Below, piece after piece: positions 26,057 to 37,689 of a stretch of 64,000 nt of DNA. Source of the stretch: Macrostomum hystrix. Taxonomy: Eukaryota > Animalia > Platyhelminthes. The stretch is taken from positions 14,198,001 to 14,262,000 of the forward strand of contig CATNEN010000003.1 of assembly GCA_950097015.1 (NCBI GenBank), read 5' to 3'. Numbering within the stretch: position 1 is the stretch's first letter; each line of letters opens with the position of its first letter. The notes under the pieces are model-generated. The model was not told where the DNA came from. It ran no database searches and saw only the letters and a program-made list of their open reading frames with translations. Both the position numbers and the translations under genes were made by a program.

Positions 26057-29000
26057 TCAAGAGTCATCTTTGACAGTAGTAACGGCAGCACTCGTAGCTG
26101 TCGTTGGTGACAACAATCGAACTGGTTTGCTGGCCTTTCTTCTCGACTGCTGCTGCTGCTGCTGCTGCTGCTGAGGCGGAGGCTGGGGCTTCTCGGGCTC
26201 CTGAACGGCAGTCGGGTTGCGCAGATCCAGGCCGTCTTCAGCGGAGCGTCCCGCGCCGCCCGCAAGAAGAGCGGCAGTCTTATTGCGCATCCGATGGTTG
26301 TGAAACCAATTTGATACGGTCTTCACTGGCAGGCGAAATTCTTCCGCCAATTGTTCAACGCTGGCGCCAGTTGGGTAAGGCTCCCTGAGGAACACCTCCT
26401 GCAGCACTGATTTCTGGGCGTCTGTGAACATGTATCGCGACTTCTTACTTGGCGTGCCGTGGCCCAACGGCGAATCAGTCGAGCTAGCGCCGTCAGAGAG
26501 AAGGTCGCTGCTGCTGTTGTTGTTGTTGGCCCCGTTGCCGTTGCTGTTGCCGGCGACTAAATAATTTGGGGCAAGCGTTAATGAGACTCAGACATTTGGG
26601 GAAAGAAGGATGGATGCATCAGGAGGATGGGGAATCCCATTAGGATAGGTAACCCCAGGAGGATGGGGAACCCCAGGAGGATGGGGAATCCTAGCAGGAT
26701 GGTGAATCCCAGGATGGTGAATCCCAGGATGGTGAATCCCAGGAGGATGGGGAATCCCAGGAGGATGGTGAATCCCAGGAAGATTGGGAACCCCAGAAGG
26801 ATGGGGAATCCTAGGAGGATGGGGAATCCCAGGAGGATGGTGAATCCCAGGAGGATGGAGCTTTCCAGTAAATGAAGAATGAAATCCGAGATTAAAAAAA
26901 ATTGGGAAATCCCAATCGATAAATCGAAGCGGTACATGGGAAATCCTAATCGATAAATCGAACACGAAACTGGATAATCTCAATCTTAATCCTAGGATGA
27001 GAAGGATGTTCTTCACTCAATATTCTATCAGTTAGTTTATTCACCTGTTCCAGACGGTGGAGTAGCAGATACAACCTGATGATCGGAGCTAGCTAGCCAC
27101 AGGTTTAGCCTCAGGTAAGGCTCCCTGCCCTTGGCTGTCAGTTGGTGCCACGGCTGCGGAGATTCCAGCAGTTCGGCAGTGTCTTCAGCGGACAGGCCGA
27201 GAACAGTTTGGCCCAACTGTGAGCAGGTCATCTGGCAGCGCTGCATTGTCTGAGTATGGGAAGATCAGGCACTTCTATGCTTATGCAAAATCTCTTTTAT
27301 TCTTAACTTCCCATTCTTTACTTCCCATTCTCTACTTCCCCTACTCTACAACCCATTCTATACTCTTCATACTCTACTGACCTCCAGCACGGAGTCGCAC
27401 ACGTCCCTAGTATCGATGTCAAACGTGATGCTATTGGCCAACTGTGCGATGGTGCTGTCTGGTAAATAACTGGCCGCATTAGCGCAAATTGCCGACATCA
27501 GAGATGTACCAACTGGGTCGGTAGCTGATCCTCTCTGCTGCTGCTGCTGCTGCTGAATCAGCTGGGCCATAGAAGTCAGAGAGGAAGATGACTGTCGAGA
27601 AGACATCGACTGATTCGTAGCAACCAGGCGATTCAAAGCGTCCGGCTGGTCAACAAACAAGCGCATGCGAATGAAAGGCTCGCGACCCTTCTGTGTCAGC
27701 ATGGACCAGGGCTTCGGCCGAGCTAGCAGGTCGCTAACAGAGCCCTGACTGAGGCCCAGCACCTGTGGTACAGTGTAGCCAAATATTCAAGTGCACTTTT
27801 ATAAAAGTACGAGCAGTTTATGAAACTAACCGTTTCCACCGAATCTAAAATGCTCATCTACAGATCCCAATACTCATCGACAGATCCCAATTCTCATCTA
27901 CAGATCTCAATACTCATCTACAGATCTCAATACTTATCTACAGATCTCAATTCTCATCTACAGATCTCAATTCTCATCTACAGATCTCAATTCTCATCTA
28001 CAGATCTCAATACTCATCTACAGATCTCAATTCTCATCTACAGATCTCAATTCTCATCTACAGATCTCAATACTCATCTACAGATCTCAATTCTAAATAC
28101 AGATCCCAAAACTAATGTAGAGATCCCTATAGCCATCTAAAGATCCCAAAACTAATCTACAGATCCCAGTGCTCAATCCTTACCTGTTCTCCGAACAGTC
28201 GCTGACTAATCGAGTACTGGTTGAGCAGTTCCTTAACCTCCCTAACAAGATCCTCAGTGTTCAGATCCCAATATTTCTCAATCTGTTCCTTGGTGATAGG
28301 GGGTAGAAGAAGTTTGCTCTGCTTCAAACTGGACATTGTTCCAGGAGACGATCCCAGATTCAGTACAGAAATAGAATGCGAGTCGTCCAACTGCTGCTGC
28401 TGCTGCTGCTGCTGCTCAATCGCTGATGTTGGGAACAGAGTCGACTGGCTAGGCTGTCGTTTTCTCTTCCTAGATAGGCCGGACTGGCTCAGACTGCTCT
28501 GATCAGCTTCACCGCGTTCGTCCAGTATCATCAGGCTGTCAGCTTCCAGTGCCTGCATTTCCATGGCCAGCCTCTCCGCGGCATCTTGATCGCCTTCGGC
28601 TTTGGCCTGCGCCATGGCTGTCCGGAGCTGGTCCTGCAAAAAATCGGCGATCCGAAATGGATGATTTTAGGATGCGAATCCCGTCTTTACTTCGTCAAAC
28701 ATACTAGCAATTTTGAAGTAACATAAATTCATTCTTGGATTAGTCCAAATTTATTCCAAATAACCTGTAGTTTTTTAATTGTCTTCATTTTAACGCGTTT
28801 GCCTCTCGCACCAAGGTCCGTGAGCTCGATTCCGCGGCAAAAGCCACAGCCGCGGAGAGAAGGCTTGGGGGGTTTTCGTGAAATTTAGGCCATTGAGGGC
28901 CAACCTCCAAGGCGCAGTGAAGTGTACACTGCCTGACGATGAGAAAACCAGGCAGATGTACACACCTGTGTGAGCGTATGCCTAGCGTACAGTATCTCCG

Positions 29001-31085
29001 TGCTTGTGTGCTCAGGAGACAGCGAAATGGGCAGAATGGCCTCCTCGCTGGCTGCAGGTCTAGTGTCACCGAATGGTATACCAATAATAATAATTATTAG
29101 TATATTGATATTATTATTGTCCCATCTGTATATGCTTCTATGTCTACCTTTTGTTTAAATTATGCCGATAGTTTTGTTTTAATCACCTGATAGATGCCTC
29201 GGACAATGTCTCTCGTTGTGCCGTGACTGCCCATACCGGATGCAATATCTGTGCTCAAATTGGCGGCAGTCGCTAGATACATCGGCGGAAGCAACAGATG
29301 CTGCTGAGGCGGTTGCTGCTGCTGCTGAGTTTGCGGAGCGTCCATCACTAGCTGGCCACCGAATTCGTCAGATCGACAGGACGATCGACTGGCGTCGCTA
29401 TCTAATGTTGCAGCCGCAGCCGCCGCTGACACTGAGGTAGGATTGAGCAGTGACAACTGCGGCGGCTGCTGCTGCTGCTGCTGCTTGCGCGAGTCTAAAC
29501 TCAGCAATGATAGAGGCTCCTGATCCGCCAATGCGGATGGTGCAAGTTGCTCGGAGGCTGTTAAATAGTTAGGAAATGTCGGGGAAAATTGTCTGCTTAA
29601 TTAATTTTAATTCGCTACTTTCAAATTCGTTAACTATAATTCCGTCGCTCACCGTGCAAACCGCGTTTGACCGGCGCCATCGCTTTCAGCCCCAGCACGC
29701 TGCTTTCGTCGGAAGCCCAGATTTTCATCTTCCTGTAGCTTTCTCTGCCCTTCTCTGTTAGCTTGTCCCATTGTTTGGGTTTGCTCAGCAACTCGGATAC
29801 TGTACCCTGGGACAGACCCAGCACCTGCTTGGCGAATAGTCTCTGGCCAATATTGTGACGACTAAGCAGGGTTCTAACGTCTGAAGCAATTTGATTGGTG
29901 TCCAGCGGAGGCCAGTGGGCTGCGGGTGTGTGCTGCTGCAAGTGTAGCTGCTGCTGTTGCTGCTGCTGAAAATGCGACAGATCCTGCGGCAGTAAGGTCT
30001 TATCCTTTTCATTCGATTTCTTTGGTGTCGATTTTGGAGGCTCTTTTGCAGCATTGGCTAGCTGCAGCTGCTGCTGCTGCTGCTGCTGTTGAATCTGCTG
30101 CTGCTGCAGCATTCTGAGCATGTCGATACCACCGTAGGCTCCGCCAGCCGTAGCAGCCGAAGTGAAGGCGGTGGACAGGTCGAATGTGCCAACACTGGGC
30201 GCCGCGAAGCTGGTTCCTGGCGTGAGGAGGAATGGCGTAGGCAGGCTGAATAACTGGCCTAACTGCATCTGGTCGATTAGGGAGTTCGCTGCCGACTGCT
30301 GGACGGGCTGCTCGGCGGCTGATGCTGACGCGACCGAAGCTGTGTGCAAAAAGTGAAAGAGACATTTGTTTTCATGGAAAGATAAAGTTGGTTTAACTTG
30401 AATTCAACAAAGCACTGACCTTGAGGAATATTGTCACTTAGACTGACACGGATTTGCGGCTTTTGTTGCTGCTGCTGCTGCTGCTGTTTACTGCCAGCAA
30501 CAGGGCTTGATAAATTATCGAGTTGATCCTTTAAGTCGGAAACCTGGGAATGAAAAAAGCATTTGAATTAATAAATAATAGTAATTAAAAATAGACTATA
30601 AATAAAAAATTACTTACCCTTTGACGAACACCACTTAAGCCTTCTATTAGTAGGTCGACCTGCGTAAAAAAATGTTTAAAAAATTATATAATATTCGTTG
30701 ACTTAAAACAAAGAGTGATATTTGTGTTTTCGTGGCATTTTTAAAATAGGCATGCCGATAGTATTACTGCAAGTAGGGTAAGTAGGAATTAAAAAAGAAT
30801 GACACGAGGCAATGAGAAAATGTGCAAGAAGATATGCTTTAAGAAGATAATTAAGTATCATACCTCGCCTAACTTCAGAGAGTAACCATCAGCTGTCTTG
30901 GAGCACACTTCTCTGATCTTGATCAATTGAGATTCCAGCTGAGTGACATCCTGGAAAGTGTTTGTTATTGTTATTAAACTTATTACTAAACAAATAAATA
31001 TTCGTATAGTGTTTTCGACCATCATTTTTAACATTACCTTTTCAATGCACAACAGCTGATCTTCTGGTGCCAATAGCTGAGGCAT
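26057..31085 (-). CDS. cut: Cut/CUX homeobox transcription factor (3 CUT domains + homeodomain), 10 coding exons
   Basis: Exons 31085-31038, 30950-30864, 30659-30618, 30543-30420, 30339-29653, 29557-29187, 28633-28184, 27762-27382, 27249-27045, 26556-26057. CUT1 reads [33 protein letters not shown]2 reads [32 protein letters not shown]3 is degenerate. The homeodomain ends WFHNHRMR as in insect Cut. The true start may lie further upstream. Confidence 0.93.
26605..26860. repeat. 18-bp minisatellite (GGATGGGGAATCCCAGGA)n in last cut intron
   Basis: Degenerate tandem repeat. Confidence 0.85.
27855..28170. repeat. 20-bp minisatellite (CAGATCTCAATTCTCATCTA)n in the intron splitting CUT2
   Basis: Direct tandem repeat. 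Confidence 0.9.
28790..29097 (+). mobile_element. tRNA-derived SINE family B, in cut intron
   Basis: tRNA-like head TTAACGCGTTTGCCTCT..GAGCTCGATTCC, internal hairpin GTGTACACTGCCTG..CAGGCAGATGTACAC, and an (ATA)n tail. Homologous over ~210 bp to the reverse complement of 46020-46246. Confidence 0.75.
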
Positions 31086-31429
31086 CGTGTGATTGTTAGT
31101 TCTGAAGTTTTTTTAGAAGAAATCGTATTCTTTTATCTTTATTCGAATATTTAAGGCAGATTCCAGCTAGATTTCATGTCACTTCACTACTCGGCCATTC
31201 AACCGGATCTTCAGTAGATCGCCGAACTATTTCCCCAAATCATTGCTTATGAAATTAGAAAAATAACTCACGAGAAAAGTCCCCGCGACTCCTGACGCAC
31301 TGTCTCGCCTGATCCGGTAAGAATCGAGGTTAGCTTCGAGCCTGTCAATTTTGACATGAGAAATGGCACATGTATACTTCCATATTTAATATTAGCTACG
31401 AGCGCGTATGCTGTGTTGCGATTCTAACT

Positions 31430-31915
31430 ATCGGATCCTGCTGCGATTCCAGCTAAGGATGATTGCTGCAGTTCTAGCTACGATTCCTGCTGCGATTCCA
31501 GCTAAGGATGATTGCTGCAGTTCTAGCTACGATTCCTGCTGCGATTCCAGCTAAGGATGATTGCTGCAGTTCTAGCTACGATTCCTGCTGCGATTCCAGC
31601 AATTGGTTATTGCTGCAGATCTAGCTACGATTCCTGCTGCGATTCCAGCTATTGATAATCGCAGGGATTCAAGCTTTCTACCATTTTAATCCTAGAATCT
31701 AGTGAGATACCGATTGCAGCTGCAGTTCTAGCTACGATTCCTGATGCGATTCCAGCAATTGGTTATTGCTGCAGATCTAGCTACGATTCCTGCTGCGATT
31801 CCAGCTATTGATAATCGCAGGGATTCAAGCTTTCTACCATTTTAATCCTAGAATCTAGTGAGATACCGATTGCAGCTGCAGTTCTAGCTACGATTCCTGC
31901 TGCGATTCTGGCTAC
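31430..31915. repeat. 49-bp tandem repeat with a 156-bp duplication, upstream of cut
   Basis: GATTCCTGCTGCGATTCCAGCTAAGGATGATTGCTGCAGTTCTAGCTAC units. Confidence 0.85.
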
Positions 31916-34036
31916 ATATTTCTGCTTCATATCTAGCGATTGATTATAATGCTTATTAACTGCTCATGATTATTTTTTATTGCTGAGATTATAGACACGA
32001 TTCCTGGTACGTTTCCAACTTTGAATGAGGCGAGCTAAATAGATAATTAAAATATACGTCTATAAATTATCGTTATCTATATCCTTATAGAAAATCGACG
32101 AGTCGTGAAGTTCAACATAAGAAACGGAGTTAGATAATTGATAATCATAATTAAACAAGCAAAGTAAATTGTGTAATCAGACCGTCGATAATAATAAATT
32201 ATATTCTTGAAACCGATAGACAAACCTTTATCCGAATCGATTGCAAGCCGTTTGTTATCTCGCAGTGTGAGACGCGGCGATGTCTCTGATCCCGCTGAGG
32301 CTAAGTCCGTCATAATTAATTTATTTTCTTTTTAGTCGAAATTTCTTAGTAATACAAGCCGACGATGTCAAAATAAGTCTTGCCTAGCTCACGTGATTAA
32401 TGGTGTCGTACTAAAAATCGATCTCTTAATCTGCTCCTGCTTTATTTAAAGTCTTCCTTTCTGTGTCACTAGCCTAGCTTCACTTTCTGGCAAGAATTTT
32501 TGTACGGGCGACAAAATTCTGCCGAATATGCGATTTTTATTTTGGCTAGGCTCTTTTAAAGTTATAGAATCCAAAATCTAAGACAAGAACGAAGGAATGT
32601 AGTTTGATTTCTAATGTGCAAGCAAAGTTATACACAGTTCTGTAGGGGCGGGAGGAGGTAGGACTGGTGCGCAATCGTACAGTCCAGTCAGGACGGAAGA
32701 TCAGGAGAGCAATAATTTGCCTCCGAACCGAACTGAACAGGAGGCTCTGGCTTTTCTGGCCAATTCGGCGCCCTACCTCTTTAGTCTTTTCTATCCGATC
32801 CGTCCTCCTTTTAGTTCCAGTTTAAAAATCACTTCGAGCCGGTTGTTTTAGTGTGGTGAGGGGGTGGGCATACGGGGGGGAGGGTTGAAGGAAAAAAACT
32901 CGTCACTTTATTCCGGCAAACAAGCCCCCACCGGCTTTTTTCTACTTCTATCCTTTCCGATCGCAAACTGGGGCCGCCGCTTTGGGGGGTTGGCTATATT
33001 GATTAAATGGAGGAGAGGTGGCTGCGCGTGCGCGTTCAGCCCAGACTTATGCGCGCATGGCCCAGCCGGCCAAGTTTGGCTTTGCGCCGGGAGAGGGTTT
33101 GAAATTAACATCGTAAAACGATCTACTAACATAGTCAAATGGAGGGGGTTGGTCATGTTTTCGGGGTGGGGAGGGTGGCGGCACAGTTTGTCTGGGCTAA
33201 GCAGTTTGTGACTCAATAAAATTTGGGTATTGGTTCAGTCCCACTTTGCTATGCTCCGACAGTTGCGACCACCCCAAAGACCACTCAGCCGCGCTCGTTG
33301 CACAAGGGCAAGTGCAAACACGCCTAACTGACGTGAAAATAAGTTTTGTCAAGTCCTGATGAAGTGACAGTAGAGAGAGAAAGAAGATGCTGAATTTGAT
33401 TTTAGCGTAATGTGCAGTTTTTTAACAAGGGAATCGAGTTCTGTGTATGGAAAATATGCAGATTTATAAATACAACGCACAAAGCCATTTAATGCACTCG
33501 TACTTAGGACTCAAAAACTCAATGAAAAGAAGCAGCGCGCCTCGCAACCTTTTTTCTCTCCTATTTCTCTATCTAACCGCTACCAATGTATAAAGTATAT
33601 ATAGCGTTCCCACCTAAGACTGTATTGTACATTAAGACAAGTAAATAGAATAGTAAGACTTCTTTAGAAGTGGCTATTTACTTCACAATCACATGAACTC
33701 CTTATGGTGGCGAAGCTCATGGACATGGTGGATAGATTGAGGCATAGGGTAGGGAGGGGTGCGGTTGAGCTGTGAGCACAGCAGTTGCAACACAACCGAA
33801 GGGTCTGGATTCATGGGATTGTGACGGTGAATTTTTTTGGCTTACGTCGCTTTGTCCAATCCTAGAAAGCAGTTTTGTATTGCATTGCATTGTACGAATG
33901 CATTCCTTAATACTGTTTTCTGTCTACCTCATCAAATCCATATGACTATATTCATTTCCGTCATCTAAACAAGGTTTCTGTGACTCCAGAGTGGCAAAAG
34001 TTTGGTTTTGTAAATTAGACTTATCAGCACGATGGG

Positions 34037-34623
34037 CAGGGGCGTAGCCAGGATTTTTTGGGGGTATCGGTATTAGCTTATGTTCATCAGTGCGATTTCC
34101 TAACGGATTAAAAAACTATAGCTTTTTGCAGACTATTTGATCCTTCGAGCATTCGATTTAATCCACAGTGGCAAAATCCAAGCGTTTCAGACCGATTTTC
34201 AAGTTGTCTATGGCCAAAAGTATGACCATAGACTCATCGAGCAATAGATTTGATCCTTCGGACACGCATTTAGTCCCGCCCCATAGATTTAATTTTTTTT
34301 CTTCGTAAAACATAGTGATATAGCTACTTCGCTCTCTGACGTTTGATGATAACTGTCTAGTCTGTGTTCTAGGGCAAACAATAACAACCAAACAGTGGAG
34401 AGAGGCTTAAATGCGTGCCCGAAGGATCAAATCGATTGCTCTATGGTCATACATTTGGCCATTATAGACAACTTTAAAATCGGCCTGAAACACTTGGATT
34501 TTGCCACTGTGGATTAAATCGAATGCTCGAAGGATCAAATGGTCTGCAGAAAGCTATATTAATTCATTTCTTTCGAAGAAACTAAATGCGAAAAATGTTG
34601 AGGCATCAAAATTTACGCCACTG
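34037..34623. mobile_element. Non-autonomous hAT-type element with perfect 8-bp TSD
   Basis: Ends CAGGGGCGTA / TACGCCACTG, flanked by ACGATGGG at 34029-34036 and 34624-34631. Confidence 0.8.
34117..34558. mobile_element. Foldback MITE with ~155-bp inverted arms, nested in the hAT element
   Basis: 34117-34272 is the reverse complement (with mismatches) of ~34408-34558. Both ends are TATA. Confidence 0.8.
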
Positions 34624-34799
34624 ACGATGGGCGTTAATTAGCTATGTCCGCAATGCAAAAAGCTAACTTTTTATGAGTAAGAGCTTCGCGAACAATACGC
34701 AGTTAAACATATGCTTAACCTTACTACAAGTACTTGTTTTGCATCGTATTTAATATAGACATCTGATAAGCAAAACTGATAAAAAATCTGCGTCCGCCG

Positions 34800-34950
34800 T
34801 CTGATCGCTCCCGTGTCTGATCTCTCCCGTGTCTCATCTCTCCCGTATATCATCTCTCCCGTGTCTGATCTCTCCCGTGTCTGATCTCTCCCGTATCTTT
34901 TTTCGTGTCTTATATTTCTCGTATCTTATTTTCCGTGTCTCATCTCTCCG
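34800..34950. repeat. Short array of the GTGTCTCATCTCTCCC 16-mer
   Basis: About six units decaying into unique sequence. Confidence 0.85.
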
Positions 34951-37334
34951 ATTGTCTCAACTCCTCTCTGCCTCATCTCTCTCAAGCTTCTTTCTTCCGT
35001 CTTCTTCTCAAAATACTCTTGCTTCCGTCCCTAAAGGAATAAAACAACACTTTCTGATCAATTTGGTAAGAGGCAAAAGATCACAGAGATTTAAACACGA
35101 AAAGTGAAAACGAATAATACACCATTTTAAGGGCTGAAGATCAGTGAATGAAAAAACATAGCTTACCTATTTCTTTAATCTGCGTTCTGCTCTGCAGTCC
35201 CTGGTACATCCGATCTTGGGTTACTTAAAATTGCGCAAATTATTTGTGTCTTTTCAATCGAAACTTTGAGAGCGTCCTACACCAACACCTGTAAAATCTG
35301 TCAGCTTAAGTCGATCTAATTTAATAAAAGCTAGGACGAATTCAATTCAGTTAGTTTCATTTGGCAGAGATGCTGCACAGAAGCTCAGACCCAATCTTAC
35401 GAGCGTATGATAGTTTCGAATTGAAAACTCAAACTCGATGGTTGCGGAGCGGGGTGGCCTGTACGGGCAAGGCTTATTCAGATTGAAAGCGGTCTCGCTT
35501 CTTTCTCTAAAGTGAACGGGGGGCTATTGCCTATTGGGCATTGGGTAAAGATTTTTTCGGAAATGGAAATGGGGGTCGGCAGCATACGTCAATAATGGCG
35601 GGCATTTTCGCAATGTTAATTAATTTGAAGAAAGAATAGCTCAGGTATTCAGAATTCAGCCTGCTTTTGTGCACACCGAAACAGGCGCACTGTTCGTGCT
35701 TGGTGAGTGAACTGGGGCTCGCAGGGGTAAAGGTGGGTATCGGTAAATAACTCCGAATAGATCGTGCACGTAACGTGTGCATTGATCTGCGGTGGAGGTG
35801 GAAATGAAAGGAAATTGGGTGGTATGTTGTTGCTATCACTCTAAGAAGACTTTGAAAGAGGCGTCTGTCCATATTGCGTACAATGTAATCTGCATTTTCA
35901 TTCCATCGGCTTTGTGCTGCATAAGGCGGGTGAGTCTATAGATGCAGAACACAGAATCAGGGCTGATTCAATCTAAGCACACAATACTTTATTATATTAC
36001 TCTTATTATTCTTCGAATTTTTGTGCCATCAAGGCACGATGAGCGGGGGGGAGGGTAGGAAAGTATTTTCGAATTTGATTTCAATACTCTGCGCTGTGGA
36101 CCAGATGTGGTGCTTCTGCGCGAATTCATGTCTTTTGAGCAGCAACAAGAGCACAAAGAGAGAGGCGTACTCGCGCCCCAAAATAGACGGACAGAGAGGT
36201 GGAATACAAATCTATATGCTAGTCCGCCTCATTCAATTTCGTGAGGTGGGCGCGTCTGCAGTGACTCTTCACTGCGATCGATAAAATTTTCTGCTCCGCA
36301 AGCTAATTGCTTTCTATTCCACTCGGCAACTAAAAACTTGTATACGTGGCCCGCTCTTCTAATCATGCGCTCTATATACACAATTTGAATTCACGCAAAG
36401 CAGATGAACGGAGGGACGATTTGAGTGGCCTTTGTGGTGGAAGCAACCAGGGAAGGCTGCACAAAAGATCTCTGAGCAATAATTGAACCCGTGAATTGAG
36501 CGTGCTGCAGCTTGGATGTATTGAATTCAGCTCGACAATTGAATTCTTTCTCTGTTCTCTAAAGCCTGTATTTTGTTTCATAATTTATTGCATAGAGCTT
36601 AAACTTAAATCATTTACTGCGTGCTTTTATATACAGTATTTGAGGTGACTCAGGACTGTACTCAGGACTCGATATTGAACTGCAGAACTCATACATTATA
36701 AAATTCGGTCTTCAAGATGTATCAAATTTTAAAAAAAATCGAACAAAATTCCTAAAACATTCCTCTGTCTGCCAGTTTTACGCATCGAAGGGTCACGACG
36801 TGAATCTGAAGCGATCATAACAAGGTGTATTTAGCGAACAGAGCTTTGGTCGGCGCTTATCAATCAGTCCAATCCATGACTTCATTTGAGTGCAATACGC
36901 TTATCAATAAATATTCCAACACTAACACTAACAATCTAGAAATGTTTAATTAAGGCTTTCAAAATTGAAAGCCGTTACTGTTAAGTCATGTACAAATTTT
37001 TGCGATTGCAGGTTGAGGTGACTTATATGATTGTGCATTGCTTGAATTGATTTTCAAATAGATAGCAACAGAAATGTAAATGCAGCTAACATACGAGCGC
37101 GAGTGAGTGTAGGGCCGATCGCATTAGTTGCAAGCAATTGGTATATTAGTTTTACCGATGTGCAGCTCAATATGCGTACAATGATTTTAATGAACGCTCA
37201 ACAAAGGTGACATATGGTGTAGGGTACACGTATACTGTAATACACTCAAATATGTCATATCCGCGACAGCTATTAGTGGCAGCAATTAATTCTGACGCAA
37301 AACTATATGGCCCTCATATTCAAAATTTGAAGGG

Positions 37335-37662
37335 AAGGAGTTTGTAGCGCATAGTAGTGGTTAGAGCGTCGGAGACTTGAAGGTCAGGGGTTCGATTGCC
37401 ATTTCCACTGGAACAATTTGTGTCCTTTAGCGAGACACTTTAGCAACTCTGCATTGCTTCACTTCACCCAGCTGTTAAATGGGTACCAGCATTAGATGGA
37501 GTTATGAGCTAGGGTGGGTGTGGCGTCCCCCCAGTCCATGGACTGAACAGCCGCACACAGTCTTCAGATTAGCCACGCAATAGCTGCGGCTGTGTTGTCG
37601 GCTGCACACCTTGTCCGATTGGGGCAGGTGTGCAATTATACTTCAGTTATACTCGTAAATTA
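37335..37662 (+). mobile_element. tRNA-derived CORE-type SINE
   Basis: A-box-like TAGTGGTTAGAGCG and B-box GGTTCGATT. The CORE-like segment reads GTGTCCTTTAGCGAGACACTT..CACCCAGCTGTTAAATGGGTACC. There is a 3' hairpin TGCACACC..GGTGTGCA and a possible TSD TTGAAGGG at 37327 and 37663. Confidence 0.75.
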
Positions 37663-37689
37663 TTGAAGGGCATGAAGGACATGAATATA

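Noticed and set aside
37343-37410. tRNA gene
   Set aside because: There is no closed cloverleaf, and the sequence runs into a CORE domain, so it is a SINE head.
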